Source: Hormiphora californensis
Taxonomy: Eukaryota; Animalia; Ctenophora
Reading direction: 5' to 3'
Assembly (NCBI GenBank): GCA_020137815.1
Contig: CM035354.1
Span: 310,001-374,000 of the forward strand
DNA: 64,000 bases
Part shown: positions 1-8,199 of the stretch, one piece after another
Layout of the letters: the number at the start of each line of letters is the position of its first letter
Numbering within the stretch: position 1 is the stretch's first letter
Translations under genes and position numbers: made by a program
Notes under the pieces: generated by a model
What the model saw: only the letters and a program-made list of their open reading frames with translations
Told to the model about the DNA's origin: nothing
Databases searched by the model: none

Positions 1-2089
1 GGTTGTCGTCCTCAGTAATCCACTTCCTCATCCGGGTAGTCCTCGGCCTCCACTCACATAGGGTCGCAGCAGCACCGCAGCATAACAGTAGTATCTCAGT
101 AGCATCAGGGTACTCCTCCAGTACTATCATAGCTCGGTAATCGTATCAATCCCCAAGTATACACGGTCCGGGCATCGATCCTCAATCATCCAGTTAAGAA
201 GTATAATAGTAGAGCAGGGACATCTCAGGAGCTGTAGTAGAGATCCTCTCTGTAACTGGTCCAAGTGGGAACTGCCCTCAATGGAAAATTCAGCTTCCTT
301 AAGTATTCCTTTTCGTCGGAATACTCGGCGGGTATTGGATTACTCGGCGGGTCCCAGCGGGAAACTCGGCGGGCCAAACATGAGGCCGTTAGTATGGTAT
401 CGGGTTACATTCATTTCACGATTACGACATACGTCGAAATACTCGGCGGGTCTCATCGGGGAACTCGGCGGGCCAAACATGAGGCCGTTAGTATGGTATC
501 GGGTTACATTCATTTCACGATTACGACATACGTCGAAATACTCGGCGGGTCTCATCGGGGAACTCGGCGGGCCAAACATGAGGCTGTTAGTATCAGGTTA
601 CATTCATGATTCATCCCACAACAATGCAGTGCTGGCAAGCACTACGGTGTAAATATTATATATGCACACGGTTCCCCGTGTACACTCCCGCACCAAAAAT
701 CAAGAGCGGAGCGATGAAAATAATTTATTAGTCCGGCTCCCTTAGCTCCCAAATTTGTGTTCCTCCCTTTTTTCTCTCGTCCGATGGGTTGTCCGTAAAA
801 GCTTGGAATATCTTCACACGACCCTTCGTGTACACTCCCGCACCAAAAATCAAGAGCGGAGCGATGAAAGTTAAATTATTAGTCCGGCTCCCTTAGCTCC
901 CAAATGTGTGTTCCTCCCTTTTTTCTCTCGTCCGATGGGTTGTCCGTAAAAGCTTGGAATATCTTCACACGACCCTTCGTGTACACTCCCGCACCAAAAA
1001 TCAAGAGCGGAGCGATGAAAGTTAAATTATTAGTCCGGCTCCCTTAGCTCCCAAATGTGTGTTCCTCCCTTTTTTCTCTCGTCCGATGGGTTGTCCGTAA
1101 AAGCTTGGAATATCTTCACACGACCCTTCGTGTACATAATAATGCACTAACCAGGGTAACAAAGTAAACACGCGATATGACTATTGGCAAGAAATGGAAT
1201 AAGTAATACATCACAATGATGGGCTAAAACACTCACAGTTGTCGTTCCTCTTACGGTTGTCGTCCTCAGTAATCCACTTCCTCATCCGGGTAGTCCTCGG
1301 CCTCCACTCACATAGGGTCGCAGCAGCACCGCAGCATAACAGTAGTATCTCAGTAGCATCAGGGTACTCCTCCAGTACTATCATAGCTCGGTAATCGTAT
1401 CAATCCCCAAGTATACACGGTCCGGGCATCGATCCTCAATCATCCAGTTAAGAAGTATAATAGTAGAGCAGGGACATCTCAGGAGCTGTAGTAGAGATCC
1501 TCTCTGTAACTGGTCCAAGTGGGAACTGCCCTCAATGGAAAATTCAGCTTCCTTAAGTATTCCTTTTCGTCGGAATACTCGGCGGGTATTGGATTACTCG
1601 GCGGGTCCCAGCGGGAAACTCGGCGGGCCAAACATGAGGCCGTTAGTATAGGTATCGGGTTACATTCATTTCACGATTACGACATACGTCGAAATACTCG
1701 GCGGGTCTCATCGGGGAACTCGGCGGGCCAAACATGAGGCCGTTAGTATGGTATCGGGTTACATTCATTTCACGATTACGACATACGTCGAAATACTCGG
1801 CGGGTCTCCTCGGGGAACTCGGCGGGCCAAACATGAGGCTGTTAGTATCAGGTTACATTCATGATTCATCCCACAACAATGCAGTGCTGGCAAGCACTAC
1901 GGTGTAAATATTATATATGCACACGGTTCCCCGTGTACACTCCCGCACCAAAAATCAAGAGCGGAGCGATGAAAATAATTTATTAGTCCGGCTCCCTTAG
2001 CTCCCAAATTTGTGTTCCTCCCTTTTTTCTCTCGTCCGATGGGTTGTCCGTAAAAGCTTGGAATATCTTCACACGACCCTTCGTGTACA
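1..2089. repeat. Compound tandem repeat: ~1254-bp unit (1-1254, partial second copy 1255-2089) containing 99-bp and 150/151-bp sub-repeats
   Basis: ggttgtcgtcctcagtaatcc recurs at 1 and 1255. The sub-unit ctcggcgggccaaacatgagg recurs at 365/464/563. The tgtacactcccgc...cccttcgtgtaca sub-unit is present 3x in the first unit and 1x in the second. Confidence 0.95.
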
Positions 2090-2391
2090 GTGATAAAGAT
2101 ACTGATGGGATACATTGTGTTTGATTGTCTTTTTCTCTGTGACAAGCAATTGAGGTGTGTGAGTGGTGAGATCTTTCTTTGAAGTCAAAACTCCTTCTAC
2201 ATTGTTTCCGTTAGATTTCATCTATTGTCTTGTGCACATCTTGCACCTTTTTGCAACTAGGTGCGAAATGTGCCCCATTTAGATCAATTGATAACTAGCT
2301 GTAGTAGTCAGCAACCAGTTACCAGCATTGTCATTCTGCAATCTGCCATTATCCTTTGTTTTACCAGCTAGTTCTAACTTTTAAAAGACTC

Positions 2392-4457
2392 ATGAACCTC
2401 CGAGGATGGATGGCTCTAATTGGGCCTTTTGTTACAAACTTTAGCGCCACTTCCGCATCTTTTATCATGTCACCCTTCTACGCAATACACCTTACAGAGG
2501 AAGGTACGATGCAGGAACCGACCGAAATAAGTAAACAACCAATCAGATCTCGTTATTTAGGTCACGTGACTGGTTATCAGCCAATCAGGGACCAGTATTT
2601 CCTGATTCGGTCGGTTCCTGGTACGATGTATTATATTGGGACTTGCCTTGCTCTCATTTTTGGTCATCTTAATCCCTCTCCGTAAAGGAGGGTTAGAACT
2701 AAGAGCATAACAAATTGGGACTCTCTCTCTAACTAAATAGACTGGTGCCTCCTTTTGATTAACTTACCCTTTTGCCACTTTAACAAAGTTTAAATGGATA
2801 CACCAGGTTACGTAAATTTCTATAATTTCACACTCATCACCCGGCCATTCTCCCTCTTATCTCCCTCTTATCTCCCTCTTATCTCCCTCTTATCTCCCTC
2901 TTATCTCCCTCTTATCTCCCTCTCGATCTCCCTCTTCGATCTCCCTCTTATCTCCCTCTTATCTCCCTCTTATCTCCCTCTTATCTCCCTCTTATCTCCC
3001 TCATATCTCCCTCTTATCTCCCTCTTATCTCCTGCAGGTGTTCCTAGAGTTCTGATAGGTATATTTGGGCTAATGCCCGCTATAGGGTTCTTTAGCAACA
3101 TACCAGTGGATATTGTTAACACTGCTCTAACCAGAAAACTACTGACCCCAAAACAAATTACAGTCATCGCTATATTCTTGGAGTGCCTTATCACTGCTCG
3201 TAAGTAATTTCGTTATTTATTTATATGACTCGACAAGTTTTTATGTTCTTATACCCTCCTTTAAATTTGAACGCGTTGTGTGGTGAGATAGGGTCGAACA
3301 AAGCAATATCCCCGAGTAGAGACCGATTACAATTATGTAAAACATTGTGTGTTTGTGTCACTCAATATAACTGTTCAACTATATTTTCAGTGACAGGAAC
3401 GGCTCACTACTTGTTCCCCTTACTGGGCAAGTATCAGACCATGGGGTTTCTTATGATACTACGGTGGCTCCACGGCTGGGTCTGCTTCCTCGTCTGTAAC
3501 TCTTCCTACTTCTGCTACCAAACGTGGATCCCAGACATCATCAAAGTAGCATCTGCATTTGGGAACTCAGGGTGCTGGGCGGGATGTGCAGTGGGTGCCT
3601 GGGTAGGTGGACAGCTGTTCTACCGGTTTGGTTGGGCGTATACATTTTTCTGTTGGGCGGGTGTTCAGTTTACACTCAATATTGTCGGATGTTGTATCTT
3701 GCCTGGTGGGGATGATCCTGTGTGGAGGCCTAAAAACTCTGACACCGTTGCCATGGTAACAACATGTGACGAGCCAGATAAAGATGGTCTGACTCCGCTG
3801 GCCATGCTCGCCTACCTAGCGATGGGCCTCATGGAGGTTGTATCAGGGTGTATCACGGCCATCCTCAGTACCTACCTCCTTGACAAGTTTGAAATTACCA
3901 TCGCCAACTCGTCCAACTACATCTTTATATATCTCATTGCTATAATGCTGGGATCCCAACTAGCCGGGATCATTCTACAAAGTGGGCTGCTGAGGAGTGC
4001 GGAGGTGCTTGCTTTTGGTGGCTTCCTGGTTGGATTCTCCATCTTCCTTCTCTTCCCACAACCGGCCGATGGGTACCTGTACACTCAGATCCCCTACACC
4101 GCATACCTAGCAACCGTTATCCTGGGTACAGGGGTTGTCATGGCGTCCATGGCAACGCTATTTCTAGTTGAGGACCTCCAGGTGAAGTTGTGCCATCGGA
4201 CCTTTAACTCGACCAACAAGTCTCTAAATGTGACCCTCTGGTTGAATTTTATGATGGCATTTTGTTACTCGGGTAACTTGGTAGCATTGCTGTTTCTTCA
4301 GTACCTATCATTTGAACAATGTGGCGTTATTTTGGGCTCCCTATCTACCGTTACCATAGCAACGGGGATTTCTTTAGAGGCACTACTTAGGTGGAAGGGT
4401 GCCTATACAAACAATAATTACACCCCAATTACAGATAAAAGCTCATCTATGTCCTGA
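2392..4457 (+). CDS. Major facilitator superfamily transporter (possibly SLC18B1-like), 3 exons, ~446 aa
   Basis: Exons 2392-2503, 3038-3199 and 3391-4457 are joined by phase-1 GT-AG introns in one frame. The protein has many hydrophobic helices and MFS-like motifs LRWLHG and GCAVGAWVGGQLFYRFGWAYTF. Subfamily assignment is tentative. Confidence 0.8.
2512..2620 (+). mobile_element. 109-bp hAT-like MITE (CAGGAACCGACCGAA termini), 8-bp TSD gtacgatg
   Basis: TIRs caggaaccgaccgaa / ttcggtcggttcctg; gtacgatg at 2504-2511 and 2621-2628. Further copies at 5116, 15761 and 25537 (partial). Confidence 0.9.
2850..3031. repeat. 12-bp tandem repeat (ctcttatctccc)n in MFS intron 1
   Basis: Directly visible array ending at the cctgcag acceptor. 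Confidence 0.9.
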
Positions 4458-4690
4458 TGAGAACGGGACAATTAATTAACTTTATATATTTTTGCTGTAT
4501 AAACTAAGTTAATTTTGTAGCCTTATTGAGTGGAAATAAACTTTTCTTTCATATTGCTGCCAAGTTGTGTTTTGTATATGTGTATCATAGAACCCCTTCT
4601 TATTCTGCAAGGCTGTCCCTGCCTGTAATTATGGAGGTGAAGGCACTAGTAGTGGCTCAAGGGGCACTTATATAATGGGTCTTGACTCAC

Positions 4691-6061
4691 CCAGTAAAAA
4701 CCAGAGTGTCCACTCAGGTAAGAACTTGATAAAAACCAGGGCCATAAAGGCAGATGTGATGACCAGGTAGGCTTGTTGTAGGATGAGTGGTCCCTTCCAG
4801 AATATACTGATGATCCCCATTACTCCAAAGTTCCATACAATGTATCCACATGTAATGTAGTCCATAGCAACGTTGAATCTTACTATCACCTACACAGACA
4901 GAGGGATATAAGGAAAATAATGGTTATGAAAACCCAATCAAGCAGCGATTATTAACATATTAGGACTTGAATTGTGTATGCAGTAGTCAGTTGACACGTC
5001 CAAGTGATCACTGCCCCAGTTCCCCCCAGTGTTACATTGCAGATACACTTCATACCTACCCTCCGACTCATAATAGCATTTAAGGACTTTCCCATATATA
5101 TCTCTAACTAACAAACATGAACCGACCGATTCAGGAAATACTGGTCTCTGATTGGCTGATAACCAATCACGTGACCTAAATAACGAGATCTGATTGGTTG
5201 TTTACTTGTTTCGGTCGGTTCCTGCTAACAAACCTCTTGCAGGTAGATGAAGCTAAACATGAAGAGAAGAATGAGGGAGGAGAGAAAGAGCCACCCGTAT
5301 ATAATCTTGTAACAGCGGTATTTGTACAGGAGCACTAAGAAACATGTCATGACAACCACCAGGGACACTACAATCAACATGTTTAACACGGCGTCACTGA
5401 CTGGGGAACCTGGAGAGGTGAGGAGCTAGTTTTATATACACAAACCAGACGTGGAGCTATCCCATCCCTCACTGTGTGGGAGAGGTGAGGGGCTAGTATA
5501 GAGATTACAAAGTTAAAAGGAAGAAAGCTCCCGTTGGTGACGAAAGGGGTCATAAGGTGTGTAGCTATACCATCCCTCACTGAAGTCTGCCTGTACTTCA
5601 CGGACCACGGTTAGCGTCCTATCTGAATAACTAACCAGTGGGGGTCTAGAGATAGAGGGAGGGACTCCTAGATCAGAAGTTAAAATAACCAGTGGGGGTC
5701 TAGAGATAGAGAGGGCTGAGGGAGAGCCTCCTACCTAGGTCAGAAGTTAAACTAAGTTAAACTAACCAGTTGAGATATCCTTATTGTTTTCATTGAAGGG
5801 TGTGTAAACCAGGTAGACCTGTTGTTGCGGGCCCTGATCGTACATCGTGACCGTCCTGATAATCGCAATCACCAACATCATACACACTGATACAGGTACA
5901 ATCAACATCATCACATGTTTAGCACCGTACTTTAGTGTCTCGACATCATCTTCCTCTTCGTATTCTGCTTCAATCCTCTCACGGGTTTCAGGGGGTTGTG
6001 GTTGGTTTTCTCGGGCAAGCCGGGCATCAAGGTTGTTTGGGGTAACAACCTCCGCACTCAT
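4691..6061 (-). CDS. PSEN: Presenilin (gamma-secretase subunit) homolog, N-terminal half only (TM1 to start of TM6)
   Basis: Exons 6061-5767, 5409-5234 and 4889-4691 have GT-AG boundaries and a continuous frame: [19 protein letters not shown]...VYTPF...LLYKYRCYK...FSFIYLQEV...[17 protein letters not shown]...QQAYL...[16 protein letters not shown], closely matching presenilin. The exons carrying the catalytic YD and GxGD motifs were not found in the window. Confidence 0.92.
5116..5224 (-). mobile_element. Second copy of the 109-bp hAT-like MITE, TSD ctaacaaa, in presenilin intron 2
   Basis: Same internal sequence in reverse orientation; ctaacaaa at 5108-5115 and 5225-5232. Confidence 0.88.
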
Positions 6062-6426
6062 AGCTAGTTGGGAAATGTTTGTGTGACTGGGAAATGTGTC
6101 AACTGGTTGACCTTTTCAGTGCTAAAGGTGGTACCAGTCAGACGAAACAAGGTGTACAGTTTGGCACTCTGGGAACTTTTCATTGACAAGTTATCAATAT
6201 CAGAATCAGACATGCTTTAGTGTTTACGAGCCTAGAGATTCAGTTTGAATGATAAACCGAACGACTTCAGCACAATTGGATTGTAAAAATTCCATGCCCT
6301 TCGTACGCTTTCGGCTTTTTTGGAAACCGATGAACATAATTCGTACGTTGTCTGAAAAACCAAACTCTGATCCATCCCACTATACCAACCATTCATGCTG
6401 CATAGCCAGTTTTACACGTGTATCGG

Positions 6427-6452
6427 CACTACTTTAAACAAATTAATTTGAG
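6427..6452 (+). other. Spliced-leader-like sequence CACTACTTTAAACAAATTAATTTGAG at the LINE 5' end
   Basis: Matches the 3' part of the cydippid ctenophore SL exon as I recall it (...CAACACTACTTTAAACAAATTAATTTGAG). It lies 57 nt upstream of the ORF1 ATG. Recollection only; needs database confirmation. Confidence 0.72.
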
Positions 6453-6509
6453 GTCTATGACCTCGAATTAGCCAATGTGTTTTAGTATGGCATACTAAGA
6501 GCACGGAAC

Positions 6510-8081
6510 ATGGCCACACTACCCCCACCCAGTCCGAAGTCCCCCATCCCATTCTCCAATATCGCAAGTGAGGGGGTACTGATAAACAATAACGACATCG
6601 ACCTTAAGCTCATCCAAGGATTGTCGGAACTGTCCCTAGCCCAGCTAGACAGACTGGTTGAACACCTCAACGTCGAATTATCCAGAAGAGTACCAGACTG
6701 CACCACAGCTGAGGATCCTAACCGGTATGTGGAGGTAGTCGAGGATTATGTGGGCGAAGATGACCTCAACTTGCTACATGGTGAGGTCATGGATTTGACA
6801 GAGAAAAACACTTGGGTAACGTCCACAGGAATGCCCTATAGTTGGTTCAGTAAACGGGGACAACAGCTCGCTGAACATAAGTTGACCCCAGTCGCCCTTG
6901 AGGAATTCCCCGTTGTAGAGCGGATCATGAACACTATGAACACTATGCAAGGATGGAGACTAAATTCGTGTCTGGTCACAAGATACGACACGGGTGTCGG
7001 TGTGGGTTATCACAACGATTTTGAGGTGACGATGGATAAGTCCTCCCCGATTGTTGTGTTAACTGTCGGAGCGCCGGGTAAAGTGGATTTCTTACCCTAC
7101 AAAGCAGATGGAAGGACCACGCCAGCTCTCACCCTGGAACTGATTGCTGGTTCCGCCTACGTCATGCACCCAGGATGTCAGGAGGTCCTGAAGCACCGGG
7201 CGGTCAAGAACGAGTCTACTGAGAAGCGGTATGCTCTGTCCTTCAGAAGAGCAACCCCACAGCTCCCCTCAACAGATCTGGTACCACCACCACCACCACC
7301 ACCACCTAGCCCACGGAGACTGCCCTCCCCACCATCGAGGGCAACAATAGGAGTCCAGCATTCCCCTCCTCCTCCTAATGGGGATGGTTACCAACCGGAT
7401 CCTCCTCCTCCTCCTCCCCCAGTGGCGAACGTGCCGGTACCCTCCGTTAGACCACCCCTACTTCCTACCCCTTCTGGAGTGGTCCCTTCTTTGAGACATG
7501 CCGTCAACCCTAGGAGCCCCACTACTCTGCTCTTGGGCACGAGCCTGTCCAAATGGGTACCTGAGATCCGGGGGCTTGAGAATATCTCTGTGTCGGGTGC
7601 AAGGATTGTGAAGCCCCATTCGAAATGGAAGGGTACTACAGCGTTTGAAGAGCTGTCCAGGTACCACCAGAGCCACCCTGAGGCACACTTTGAGAAGGTT
7701 GTTATCTGCTATGGTACGAACGATATTAGGTTTGATAAGAACTTCTGTGAGAACAGCGCAACGAAGAACCGACTCCAAGGGGCACTATGCCACCTAGTGA
7801 GGCAGATTAGACGGTTGTATGGGGACCCGGAGATAGTGATTACACATGTCCTTCCCCTGAGAGGAGACTTCTCATATACGGTCTCTAATGTTACCATGTA
7901 CAACAAAATTGTAAATTGTGTGTCCCAACTCATGAATTGCAGTTTTGTGAGTTGGATGGCTGATTTCCTAACGCGTGATTTGTTTTTCAACTCATCACTT
8001 TATTGTAGGGATGGTGTGCATTTGAATAAATATGGTTACTCGGTCTTAACTGACCTGATTTATAACGAAGTTTTACGCTGA
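6510..8081 (+). CDS. LINE ORF1p: leucine-rich helix + AlkB-like 2OG-Fe(II) dioxygenase + Pro-rich linker + SGNH/GDSL esterase
   Basis: AlkB-type motifs: LNSCLVTRY, H168-N-D170, GSAYVM, H229, R240-YALSF-R246. SGNH blocks: LLGTS345, SGA, GTN404D, D501-GV-H504. Confidence 0.88.
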   Translation: MATLPPPSPKSPIPFSNIASEGVLINNNDIDLKLIQGLSELSLAQLDRLVEHLNVELSRRVPDCTTAEDPNRYVEVVEDYVGEDDLNLLHGEVMDLTEKNTWVTSTGMPYSWFSKRGQQLAEHKLTPVALEEFPVVERIMNTMNTMQGWRLNSCLVTRYDTGVGVGYHNDFEVTMDKSSPIVVLTVGAPGKVDFLPYKADGRTTPALTLELIAGSAYVMHPGCQEVLKHRAVKNESTEKRYALSFRRATPQLPSTDLVPPPPPPPPSPRRLPSPPSRATIGVQHSPPPPNGDGYQPDPPPPPPPVANVPVPSVRPPLLPTPSGVVPSLRHAVNPRSPTTLLLGTSLSKWVPEIRGLENISVSGARIVKPHSKWKGTTAFEELSRYHQSHPEAHFEKVVICYGTNDIRFDKNFCENSATKNRLQGALCHLVRQIRRLYGDPEIVITHVLPLRGDFSYTVSNVTMYNKIVNCVSQLMNCSFVSWMADFLTRDLFFNSSLYCRDGVHLNKYGYSVLTDLIYNEVLR

Positions 8082-8199
8082 TTGCTGATTTTGCTGCATT
8101 GATAATATATATGTTTGGGGGGAGAAGTTGTTTTATTACCCCAACCAACAGACCCTCCGTGAACCCTTAGTGCCGAAACCAAAATCCAAAACCCCCACA

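Noticed and set aside
265-652. ORFs with 33-aa repeats
   Set aside because: Arise from the 99-bp tandem unit, are open in several frames, and are frameshifted in the second copy.
4510-4618. Alternative presenilin acceptor giving GTALQNKKGFYD... as a catalytic YD exon
   Set aside because: Polar sequence, wrong spacing and an early stop; the YD is judged coincidental.
6427-6560. SL RNA gene
   Set aside because: The leader is 5'-truncated, is followed by GTCTAT rather than a strong donor, has no evident Sm site, and runs straight into LINE ORF1; it fits a retro-copied leader better.
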